From: Camelus dromedarius
Taxonomy: Eukaryota
Reading direction: 5' to 3'
Assembly: GCF_036321535.1 (NCBI RefSeq)
Contig: NC_087437.1
Span: 46,130,001 to 46,194,000, forward strand
Length of the DNA stretch: 64,000 nt
Under the pieces are notes generated by a model. It made no database searches. It worked only from the letters and a program-made list of their open reading frames with translations, and was not told where the DNA came from. The translations under genes and the position numbers were made by a program. The first letter of the stretch is position 1; the number at the start of each line of letters is the position of its first letter. Shown piece by piece: positions 38,900-49,953 of this stretch.

Positions 38900-39700
38900 A
38901 TCTATGCATAGTGATTTTGGAAATAATTTGAAAACACAAGAGGTTTGAAGAAATACTGATATTCCTGCCTCTAATAGATACTTATTCTTAAAAATTTGTT
39001 GAATGTATTGTGGATCCATGAAAATGGGCTTATATTGTAAATACTGTTTTATAACCTTTATTTTTCACTTATAAATGTACTAGGAGCAAATTTCTATGAC
39101 AATATATGTTTTTTAATTAATTTAAATGGCATAAGAAAAGTACACATATTGTATCATCTCAAGGCATGTATTTTAACAACATTTTTAATGTCTATATCGT
39201 ATTCCATTCTGTAGGTATATCATAATTTATTTAACTAGTGTTTTGTTTTTAGAAATACAAGATTTTCCCACATTTCCCACAATATTATAAACAATGTATA
39301 AAGGAATTATCAATGGATATAATTCTTTACACTTATTTTTTCCCCTCCTTGAGATTATTCGGTAAAATTGGAATTACTGAATTACAGGAGATGAGCTTTC
39401 TGAAGCCTTTCGTCATTGCTTCCAGAATGGTTATGCTCAGCTCTACTCCATCCACCCTGCGTGAGCCTATATGAAGGAGGGGGTGGTGTTTCATTTAAAA
39501 GTTGCAAAGAGTTTTTTCTCTCTAGAAATTATGTGTATTTCTTCAAGTGTGAATTGCATGATTCATATCCTTTGATTTTATTTTTTCTATTGGGATATTT
39601 GCCTTTTATTTTTAATTTACAAAATCTCTTTGTGTAGTAATTAGTACATCCTTTATCTGACATATATGAAAGAGTTCTCATTTTGTCATTTGCTTTTGAA
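38900..39700 (-). mobile_element. old L1ME-type fragment
   Basis: AT-rich GTATTCCATT..CATAATTTATTTAAC..GAATTACTG..TTGCTTCCAGAATGGTT pattern. Confidence 0.55.
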
Positions 39701-39712
39701 GTGTGTGTGTGT

Positions 39713-40342
39713 ACCTTCATTATTGATGGATTCTGCATTTGCAAATTTGCCTACACACTAAAATTTCCTTGTAACCCCAAACTGATATTTGTCATGTTCT
39801 TGTGGTCATTTGTGGACATTCACACAGCAGTGAAAAGTCTGAGTGATGTGACATGGTAGTTCCCAGCGGAGGTCCCACAAGGTAATCCTCTGCCTTCTTG
39901 TTTCACCACACATACTGTAAACAACTGTCCTGTTCACAGTCTGTTTAGTGCCACGTTTTCTACATATTGGCGCTTTTCGTTGGTGATTTCACTGTTTAAC
40001 ATGGCCCCCAAAGGGTAATGCTGAAGTGCTGTCTGTGTTCTAAGTGCCAGAAGGCTGTGATGTGCCTTACAGAGAAAATACATCTTCAATAAACTTCATT
40101 CAGGCGTGACTTATAGTAGCTGTTGGCCATGAGTTCAATGTTAAGCAATCAACAATGCATATTAAGTAAGGTACAGGAACACATGTAATCTTATATATTA
40201 ATTGACTGATTAAAATGTTGGGGTCAGAGGCTTGCAGGAACCTAGGGCTGTACTTCCCCTTGGAGCAGTGCTTCAGTATTTGCTAATTCGGTGCTCACGG
40301 TGATATTACAGAACATTACAGCGAACAGCAAGAATTGAATAT
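39713..40342 (+). mobile_element. TcMar-Tigger element MER82
   Basis: Near full-length, colinear match to the MER82 consensus as I recall it (GCAAATTTGCCTAC..GTAACCCCAA..CTGAAGTGCTGTCT..GCAGGAACCTA..CAGTATTTGCTAATTC). Confidence 0.85.
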
Positions 40343-40540
40343 ACCTATGCTTTTTTCTTCATCACATGTAGACGTTTACAGTTTTTATCTACTCAGATAT
40401 TCCCGTCTGTTCTTTGTGGATTGTACCTTGGTGCTGTTCTCAGTATAGGGAGAACCTTTATGCTCCACGCTCCATATTCTCCACGTGGGAAGACCTCTAC
40501 TGAAGTAACACACCTGGCTTCTCTTTGAGCTGCCACTTAC

Positions 40541-41660
40541 CTGAGTGGTGAATTTGGGAGAAGAGACAGCCCCCTTTACTCCTTTGCCCTGAATCTGTCC
40601 CCTTTCTGCAAACAGCACACATCCTCTGATCCTTGTTTTATAGGGAGCCCCCCACCCCCGCCACCCAAGTGCAGGCCTGCAGGTGGTCAGCACTGCCTGT
40701 AACTGAGAAAGTCAGCTGCTGGGGGACAGCATTAGCAGGCCCGTTGCCATTACTGACTTCAGCCGTGTTCTCTGGTATCTCACTTAACAGTGAAAGTGCT
40801 CATCATCCCTCTGACTCCCCGGTCTGTGTCTCAGTGGGTTACGAGCTAAGACAGGGAAAGAAGGGATGTTTCTGTAGTAGCTCCCCGCCACTTAAAAGGT
40901 CCTTTCATTTTAAAAATGATACAAATATTCATATATGGGCTTCTAGTTCTTCTTTGGCTTTTTTTTTTTCCCTCTGAACTTTTTGTTTCAGGGTAGCTGA
41001 TACTACAGTTGGATTTCTCCTTTTTTAAATAGGGCACTGCCACCCGGGTCAAAGGGAGCAGATCCTGTCAGCCCCTGTATCTGGGGTGGGGGCAGGTCTT
41101 CTCTCATCCCTACCAGCCTTATTTTCTGCGGTCCAGCTCCTGTTTACCTTGGCTTCGTATCAGACACAATTTTTCATCTTGATTCTTGGAGTGTTTGACA
41201 CTCAGCCTGTTTTGACACAGCTGCTATCTCTTATTCCCATTGACTCTGTTTTTTTGAAATTCATGTTCCTGCCCCTCCCTTCCTGCATCAGTGTCCTTTA
41301 GATCTTAGGTGTTTGACTCAGATTTGAGCCAAAGTTTAGTGACTCTGTTCAAACTTAGTCTCAGAGCTCTGGATTTCCATTTCCTGAGGCCCTGTTAACT
41401 TCGTGTTGGTTTCCCCTAAGTGCCATCACCCATTGCTTTCTGGGTGCTCGGTGGCAGCAGCAATCGTGCTCTTGCCTAGTAGGAAATAAACATAACACAC
41501 GTGCCCAGTTTTGCTCAGGTCCTGCACTGGCTTTGCAGACATCGTGGCTCTCTCAGCGTGGGGTTCAGCTGTTGCGTATGTGGGCAGCTGCCCCTGATCT
41601 AGCTCATCACGATTTCCACAGTGGGGATCACCACTCCAGGGAGGGGACTCAAAGGCACTA
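40541..41660 (-). pseudogene. candidate large decayed exon (low-complexity, K/E/S-rich)
   Basis: Repeat-free block, purine-rich on the minus strand, with three overlapping minus ORFs (41426-41722, 40846-41052, 40385-40693) and a strong CAG|GTAAGT donor at 40541/40540; frameshifts are required. Confidence 0.35.
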
Positions 41661-41719
41661 AGGCAGTCCATTAAGGAAGAACAAGCTAGGACCAGTACTC
41701 TTCTTTCGTGTGACATTAC

Positions 41720-42580
41720 CAATACTGACCCAGAAACCTGGCCTTACTGAATGCTGAGGCACCTCTAATAGAAAAGCTGTCCTCCAGAATAGAATGGCCT
41801 TGGACACTATGACTGCCCCGGAAGGAGGCACCTGTGCCAGTATCCAAGCAGAATGTTGTGTGTTCACACCTGATGAGTCTGCTAATAAATCACATGAGGG
41901 CACAAGTGAAGACCCTGAGTGATCTGACCCCCAGCCTAGGAGACTTAATACATCAGTGGTTTGGCTCACAGGGCTCTTGGTGGAAAAAAATGTTACTGGT
42001 TTTGGGAATCATCCTGTTTTCTCTTACATGCGCCTATGTTATTACTGTGATGTCTGCCACCAGAGCAGCCAGTTAGCTGGCAAACAAGTCCCTCCATGCT
42101 AGTGAGGCCCCTTGCTGACCACTGCTCAGGGCACATCTTGGAAGAAGGGGACGTGTGAGATGGTACGAGCCGGGCATGAGGGGTGGAGTGTTGGAGGAGG
42201 TCATTGAGAGAATGTGATAACCAGTTGACCCATGAGTTGCATCCAGGCAACTGGAGACTCCTCACTCCCTCCCCTGTGCTTGGGATTTATATTCTGCCCG
42301 CTGTTCCCACAATGAGAACCATTTTCAAGGACGCAGCCTTGAGAAAGTAATACGTCATTGAGACCATCTGGATGGTATATGTGACTGAACCCAGTTAAGG
42401 CCTCTGTATAAACTCTTAAGATTCTGATGGACAGGTACAGGGGTCTACTCATCTTGTGACGCCCAAGACAAGTCTCCTATGTAAGTTCCTCTGCTTATTA
42501 AACCTGCCACATACCAAAAAAACCCAACCCAACCCAACAACAACAACAACAGCAGAAGAACAAAACCCCCCAAAACAGAG
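41720..42580 (+). mobile_element. env: gamma-type (class I) ERV env TM fragment, PPT, U3-R and A-rich tail
   Basis: Translation from 41773 gives [31 protein letters not shown] (ISD-like [10 protein letters not shown]6CC). A frameshifted membrane anchor follows (WWKKMLLVLGIILFSL), then purine tract 42177-42188, LTR start TG at 42189, ATTAAA at 42497 and the A-rich tail from 42516. Confidence 0.9.
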
Positions 42581-42639
42581 GGGGAAATAAAACTCAATCA
42601 AAATCAACTGGATTGAAAGCCTATTTTTCCCCCTTACCA

Positions 42640-42790
42640 AGCTGGGTAAACTGCCATGTGAAGACAAAGTTTCCTCATCTATAAAATGATGATAATATTA
42701 ATAATCATTCAAAAAGTGGGAGAATGTTTGCATGGTACCTAGCACAGTGCTTGGGAATGATAGAAGCTTGATAAATGTTGGTTAAGTGTG
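42640..42790 (+). mobile_element. MIR SINE
   Basis: AGTTTCCTCATCTATAAAATGA..ACCTAGCACAGTGCTTGG..ATAAATGTT. Confidence 0.75.
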
Positions 42791-43869
42791 GGATTTATTG
42801 TTTCCTTCTTTTCTTTGGGTGAGATGTGAAGTATCGTCTTTTGGCATGTTCACAGAACAAACTATTTCAAAGTACTTTCCATGCATCCTTTGTAAATTAC
42901 TTTCTTCCATAAACTACTGAAAAGAGCAAGCAAGCCACAGACTCCTTCAGGAAACATGACACTTCTAGGGATCCTGTTAGAAATGGTTGAACCTGGATTG
43001 TGTGGTCACAGAAGCTGTGGGGTCTCCTGTCACCAACTCTTGGATGTTCTCAGTGCCTTTGTTCAAGGTTCTCTTTTGGCTTAGGTCATCCTTTGCTCAC
43101 ATTCCCCACCCTCCTCTACCCTGGCCTTGTGCCTGGGAAACAGCTTTTGCGACCCAGTCTTGGTAGCATCTTAATATAGCCATGCCTTCCTTCCTCTCTC
43201 GGGTAGATGGACTACTTCCTCCTTTGGGCTTCTTTGCAGCCCATCAGTGTGTCTCACATAGAACCTGCTATAGGCCAAGGTCTTCATTTGTTATTGTGAT
43301 CTTTCCTTCAATTTGGTGTCCCAAGACCCAGCACACCATTTGGCATATAGTAAGTGTTAAATAAATGTCTGTGGAAGGCATGAGTAATGAATTAACAACT
43401 GCTGAAACAGAGAAGTTGTGATGGAGGTCATCACAGACAATGGCTCGCACACTGTCCTTCAAGTGCCGTGGGATGCCAAATGGGGCCTTCAAACAAGGGT
43501 TTAACACCTGCTTCCTACATTTTTTTTGCAGAGATAATCATTGGTTGAGTAAGGTTGAAAGGTGACTGGCATATTTGTTGAACCAAAATGCTTCAGCCGA
43601 AGTTTCAAATGACTGCTTGTTTCATAAAGTGCTTGGGGTAAATAAGCCTAATTTGTATAATATACACTGACCCCTGGTCATTGGAGAGTGGGTGTGTAAC
43701 CTCATGTGTATATCTTCCCCTGGGCCTATAAATTAATATTAAATTCGATTTATTTAAAAGGCCTTGGCAACAACAATATTTCTTTGAAAACTTTGTTTTC
43801 TTAGTGTCTTCTACAATTAAGATGTTCATCATTTCAATTATCTATCTTATTTTAAAATTAAGGGAAGCA

Positions 43870-44633
43870 ATTGATTGAGTAAATAAATACATGGGGAAGA
43901 AGAGAAAGTCTTTCTTACCATATAATTGATAGATACTCGCTTCTCCAAACAATATCTGTAGACACTTCCCTCTACAGGAGGTTCTCACCCACCATCCCTT
44001 TTGAGTGTGTGTTGGATTTAGTGACTCCCTTCCAAAGAATAAATAAAGGAAAGGGAAAGATAGTAACCCTAGAGTAGAGAAACTTGGCAAACACTACCTT
44101 AACCAAAGATGAAGGCTAATGTCACCAGTGATGTCATATGGATATCAGGTACCCTTGATATGAAGTGACGAGAAAGGCATTTCACCTCTGTGCTATTTTT
44201 CCTAAACCCCCATAACACCAATCTAATCTCGAGAAAAAATAAGAGAGAAATTCAGATAGGAGAACATAGAAAGGATATCCAACTTGTCCACAAGACAGCC
44301 AAGGTCATGAAAAACAAGGGAAGGCTGAGAAACTGTCACAGACGTGGGGAGACTGGAGAGACATGTTACTCAATGCACTGTGGTACCATAAGGTGGGTCC
44401 TGGAACAGAGAGAGGACAGTGATGCAGAAACCGGTGGCATCCAAATAAAGTCCAGAATTTAGTTAGTAGTTATCTGTCAATGTCAGTTTCTTAGTTTTGA
44501 TGAATGTGTCATAGTAATGTAAGATGTAAAAAATGGGGAAACTGGGTAAGGGGTATTATGAGAACTTTCTGTAATACCTTTGCAGCTTTTCTGTGAATCT
44601 AAAATTATTCCAAAATAGTTTATTAAAAAGAAA
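43870..44633 (+). mobile_element. old L1 3' end (L1MC/MD-type)
   Basis: GGCAAACACTACCTTAACCAA..AAGGTCATGAAAAACAAGG..TCTGTGAATCTAAAATTATTCCAAAATA; TSD TAAGGGAAGCA at 43859-43869 and 44634-44644. Confidence 0.85.
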
Positions 44634-46052
44634 TAAGGGAAGCAGATGCCCTAGTCACTCATAAAAGTGACAGAAACACCTTCCGAGTGGACAGGGGAAA
44701 ATGAGCCTCTGTGGATGGCTTTGTGTAGGGAGACTCCTGCTGTAGTACAAATTAACTCCTATTGTACCGAAAGCTTTTCTAAGAGAAAAGGACTAAATTA
44801 GGAAAAAAAAAATGGAAAGAGAATATACATATTTTGCAGGTTATGTAATCTATACTGGCATTTTTTTTTTTTTTTTTTTTGCAAGGTAAAGGTGAATTTC
44901 TTTTACGTGGTAAAGCTCAACTCCACAAGGATTGGGAGATCTTTTTCTCTTTTAAAAAATGCCATCATCTTGCTTTTTGGGAAGCTTTACTTACTACTTT
45001 CCTGGATTTAACAGTTAAGGCTTTGGTGAGCTGTTAGGACAATGGGTTAAATAACCTCTTTATTAATCAACAAGTGCAATATATTTTTTGGCAAACGTTA
45101 AGTTTTTTATTTAATGTGGAAATTAAAAAAAAAAAAAAAGAATGGTAGACAGTTCTCTGGAAATCTACCAAGGCTTGAGGAGAGAAATGGTAAATTTTCT
45201 TGTGTACAGACTAAAAATACTCTTAGCCCAAACCCCCATTCCAGAGATGTGATTAGGCAGAGAAAGAAATTGTACAATGTTTACCTCTTTGATTTTTTCA
45301 TTTGTAGTCCAGCATCAGCTCAGCGTACATATCAGTTTTCATCCTTAAATGCGCATGAAACCAAACCGGGGGTTTTGCAGGGCTCTAATTGCTCTATGAT
45401 TTGATGTTACTGTGCAGTGAAGCTGTGCTAGTTAATTGTTTTCCTGACTGAATTTTCATCTCTTTCTCTCCCCACCTGCCCCCATTCTGCCCGAAGGAGC
45501 CTATAAAGCAAAAAACAAACAAACAAAAATCTCTCAGAAGAGCATCTTTCATTTTCAGAAGCATCATTTGCAGTGGGTAGCAGCCTCATCATAATATGGG
45601 TGATAATGATGACGGATAATTGTAACTCTTAAGTGGTTTCAGCTTATGGTTATTAGGGGAGTGAGCAAAGCGAGGATGGGTGTGTGGAAGAAAAATATGG
45701 TTTACTCTGCTTTAATTGCCTTTTCCAGCATTTCGAACAATAGACTGAGAAAGTCATCTCTTTGCATGTCTTGCTAGACTCTAGTGGAGGGTGGGTATGT
45801 GGCTGTGGATAACAGTCCATTGGAACATTATGTGATATGCAGCATGATTACTGGAGGAAAATTCATGGAAACAAATTAGATATTTGATTAACCACTTTAA
45901 ATAATGATCGATTTATATGGCTTTCTGTACCCTGCCTTTTTCATACTAATCAATAGCTCAGGCAATATATAAACAACAGCCTTCTGTAATAAATAATTGC
46001 ATTGTATAATGCTAGTTAAATTTAGAAATTCCTATTTTATTGCAGTTCTCAC

Positions 46053-47216
46053 TCATAAAAGAATGTGCCAAATAGTAATTGAGATTGAGTTAGAGTCTCA
46101 TAATGCTTTGCTTCACGATCCAATCCAGGAACTGTTTCTCTCTGAAGACCCATAGAAAGAGACCCCCTGGGGAGTGATGACTGGCTGAGGAAGAGTGGGA
46201 TGCGGGGGCAGGGAGTGGGAAGAATAGAAAACAAAAAGCTTGGTGTGGCAGCTTGCCTCTTCTGGACCCCAGTAAACCATTTTAATAGAAATGGGCGGGA
46301 GGCAAGGAAGTGCCAACTGGAAAAGCCCGAGAAGCAGGCCCTCTGTCCTCAGGAGAGCAAAACGTCTCAGACAATAAGATGGGAGATTTATTATGAAGAA
46401 ACCAAATGTGCTGTTTCCCTCTCCCTGGTGTTTCCAAAGCCCTTAGCCTGACAAGAGAATGCAGGCTCCACTTAGCTCTACTCGCTCCGGGAACGTCACT
46501 GGCTGCTCTGAGACTACATGTCTGCTGGCTGTGAATCAATTATCTCCTTGCCCCCATCCCCAAGGATCGGTGTATGACCCTACTCCTTAGATACTTCCAT
46601 CATCATCTCCAAGAAAAATGAAGGTCTCCCATGTGGCTAGAAGCAAACGGGAGAAAACGGAGCTGTGCTGTGTTGGTTTTATAATTGGAGGGTGTGTCCT
46701 CATCCCCATGCACAGAGCAATAAACAGGAGAGCCATCTGGAAGGGCAGGACTTCCCATTGAAAGTATGTAGTAACTGTATTTTGAACATTCCTTGCAAAC
46801 CCCAATAAATGTGCTTTCACAACTGTAGCTCAAAATATAATGGAAAATGAGATCCGCATGGAAGGGGAAAGAGTCAAGTGAAGCCTGTTTGGTAAATAAG
46901 GAATGCAAAACCTGGAGCTGCTTCTGCAAAGCTGTTTAAGTTGTGTGGTCCTGAAAGAATTGTTCTTCCTTTCCTGGCGTATCTGTCAGTGTCTCTTTAG
47001 CCAACCGGAGTGATGGGAGCTCTAATATCAGCTCAAAACAACCGCAGCTAATTGTGTCCAGCATCTTCCTTCTCTTTTCCCCAACCTGGGATGAACTCTC
47101 TCTGTTTTTGCTCTTCATTAAATTTTGCCTCCTCTTCACGGTCAGCTCAGATTCTACTTCTGTTTTAACAGATCCCACTCTCAGTGTTCTCTTCCTTTTT
47201 TGGAATTCTATTGGTA
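46053..47216 (-). pseudogene. decayed 1164-nt coding exon of an unidentified multi-exon gene
   Basis: Acceptor TCATTTGGCAG|T at 47217/47216 and donor ATGA|GTGAGA at 46053/46052; exactly 388 codons, phase 1-1. ORFs 46936-47223, 46603-46929 and 46282-46539 share one frame, with 6 stops overall. Confidence 0.65.
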
Positions 47217-47239
47217 CTGCCAAATGATTTGATTATGAG

Positions 47240-47403
47240 GATGCTTGAATTTTTAACAAGTAGCTTGTCTTTCCAACTAAACAGTAAGTTCTTTGAGAGC
47301 AGCAGACAGGTCTCAGTGCCTTTTGTGGTTTCACCAATGAACTGGTCACAGTGATGAATTCATGGGTGATAACTAATAAATATTTGTTAGTTGATTGACT
47401 GAT
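47240..47403 (+). mobile_element. L2 3' end
   Basis: CTTGTCTTTCCAACTAAACAGTAAGTTCTTTGAGAGCAG..AATAAATATTTGTTAGTTGATTGACTGA. Confidence 0.7.
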
Positions 47404-48647
47404 TCAGAAACCTAAAGACCTTTTCCAGATATTTCCAGTCTAGCACAGGACATTTTCTTATGGCAGGTATAATCATTTAGGAAAAGTGTTGAAATGGTCA
47501 TGTGTCATTAAGTTCCAGATTACTGCTCAGACATGGGTAATGCGCTTAATCAGGCTGTCAATCAGGATCCAACTGGGGGATCTTGAACATAGAATTTAGA
47601 GTATATTTGCTTCTGCAATCTGAGCAAAGCTCTAACCAGAGCGCCTCTCATGTGATTCCTCTTCAGTCAAATTTACCTTCCTCTTGGACATCCCTTTTCT
47701 CTGTTGACTGTTTGGAACCGACCCATCAACTTGGCTTTACTAGGGCTGTAGTATTGAGTCAGCAACTGAAGATTTAAATGACTTCAATAAAGGTAGCTTT
47801 GGGAGCATTTAGAAGTCCCTCAAAAGTGAAATCACTAAGTGATTTGTAAACCTGGGATAAACTTGGTACCTAAAAGCATAATTATGATTTGGAGTTACAA
47901 ATCGCAAAACAGAGAGGCAAACCAATGCAAATACACGGTTCAACCTTGCGTGCATATAGTCATATCTTATAGGACACTGTAGCCTGGAATGATTGACTCA
48001 AGAACATCTGATAGAATCCTCAGGTTCCTTTACCCGCATCATGAATGGAAATCCAGTCTTCCAAAGTTCTCCCTTTCTCATTGCCAGGGTCCCCAGAATG
48101 GTTCAAATGCTTTTCCAAGTAGCATTGTTCCTCTCATTGCCAGCATGAGTTCATCATTCACCCTTTCCACTTACGCCATGGCTTTGCTAGTTACTATGTT
48201 GTTAATGACTGTTGAACCCCAATGATCATAAGGTTCCCCCAGGCACTGCCTTGTTTATCAACTCTGGGCTTCTAATTTGGGATTCAGGGACTTTTATAGG
48301 TGTCACTCATCTCTTCCAGTTCATTAAGAAAAGGCAGGTGATTGTTTGGCTATCGTTCATTCATTCATTCAGTACCTTATTAAAGACAATGTAACGTAGG
48401 AAAGAATAAAGCAAATAGCTTTGGAAATCAGGACCAAAGGAGAATATAGGTAGGAAACTAATAAAGCAAAGAGTGAGCATAGTATACCAAAAGATACATT
48501 ACAGGTATATGGTCCTAGAGAGTTTCTAGATGTGGGATATAAATTTGGCTTAACAATTCCTAGTAGCCATAATAAAGATGGAAATCAAACAGGGACAGAA
48601 TTTACTCTGTTCACATTTACAAACAAAGTGACAATTTAGGAGACTAC

Positions 48648-48650
<3 letters not shown>

Positions 48651-48686
<36 letters not shown>
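48651..48686. repeat. poly-T tract (36 nt)
   Basis: Uninterrupted T run. Confidence 0.95.
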
Positions 48687-48687
<1 letters not shown>

Positions 48688-48984
48688 GTACTGAGAGTAA
48701 CAGGAAATGTTTCCCCATGGGTCTTGGTAAGCAAGATACTATGTCACGGTAGTGGATGGTGCCTTCAACAGTGTCTTTGTGTTAAGATTTGTTTTGTCCT
48801 TCAGTGTTAGATTATAATGTCCTTCAATGTCAAGCTGATGGCTGTACAGCTTGCTAGTGTTCTTCCTTGATCCAAGGCTGAGATTTGAAATGTCTGGGGG
48901 AATCGACAGACTGTATATTCTCCAGACAGTTTTCCATCAGTATTATTTTGGGCAAGTGCTTCCTTCCTGTCTTAACTCCTAAGA

Positions 48985-49180
48985 GGCAGTGTAGTGAGTG
49001 GTTAAGCATGCAGGCTCTGGAATCAGACTCCCTGAATTCAAGAATCATCTCTACTATGACCCTCAGTTTCTTTATCATGAAAAAAGGCTAATGCATTCCT
49101 CCTAGAGATGTTATTAGTATGAAATGAGATAATGTGTATTAAGTGCTAAGCATTGGGAGTTATCCATAAATGTGAGCCTT
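48985..49180 (+). mobile_element. MIR SINE
   Basis: GGCAGTGTAGTGAGTGGTTAAGCATGCAGGCTCTGGAATCAGAC..CCTCAGTTTC..AAATGAGATAATG. Confidence 0.85.
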
Positions 49181-49739
49181 TGCCATTAGACCACAAACAG
49201 AGAGGCTTTGCAGTCTCAGTGCCTTTCAGGGGACATAGTTCACCTTTTTTATTTGCCTCTCTTCTGTCCCCTTATGTGTAGGAAGGGAATCAACACCACT
49301 GTCAGGCCTCAATTCTTCTTGCTGACACCGAAGAAGGGTCCCCAGACTGAGCTCATGGGCTGGACCCTTTTATCCCCTCAGAATGGACAGTTTCTCCATT
49401 TTGCACCCAGCACAGGTATTTAAGGGACAGCCCATTTTCCCCTCTTCTCGGAGATGTTCAGACCTGAGTTTTAACATGTCTCTTCACTTTCGCATGAAGT
49501 TGATCGATTCCTTTTGTAAAGAAAACTCTGGTTAGTCTGCCTTGACCTACCTATACTCCTTAAAGGGCACTGAGAGTAAGCCTTCTCAGACACTTACAGT
49601 CGTCAGCTGGTCAAGCCCAGACCGCACTAGTCTGAGAGACTGCACTGTGGCCCCTACGTTCAGGCAGCCCCGTGTTTTATAAGGAATGTTCTCTAATTTC
49701 CGTTGTGCCTACCATGGATTGTATTAGTGCAGATGGTGA

Positions 49740-49953
49740 TGGCAGAGCCGTATTGGAGCTGTGTCAAAAGGAAAAATCAATATACCAATCCTGTCCTTTT
49801 TAAAGATTTCAATATTTTGTTTAAAACATGGATTTTTGCAGTAATTTTGCTTTATTAAAATATGATTTATCTTGATTCCTGAGTTTTTTCACATCTGTCC
49901 AGTTTTTGCAGCCAAGGCCAATGCCTCACTCTCCTCACCCAAATCCAGGCCCT
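49740..49953. mobile_element. hAT MITE (MER96B-like)
   Basis: Ends GCCTCACTCTCCTCACCCAAATCCAGGCCCTG. Confidence 0.5.

Noticed and set aside
41773..42076. Captured env (syncytin-like) gene
   Set aside because: Only the TM part is present, it is frameshifted, and it lacks a signal peptide and SU.
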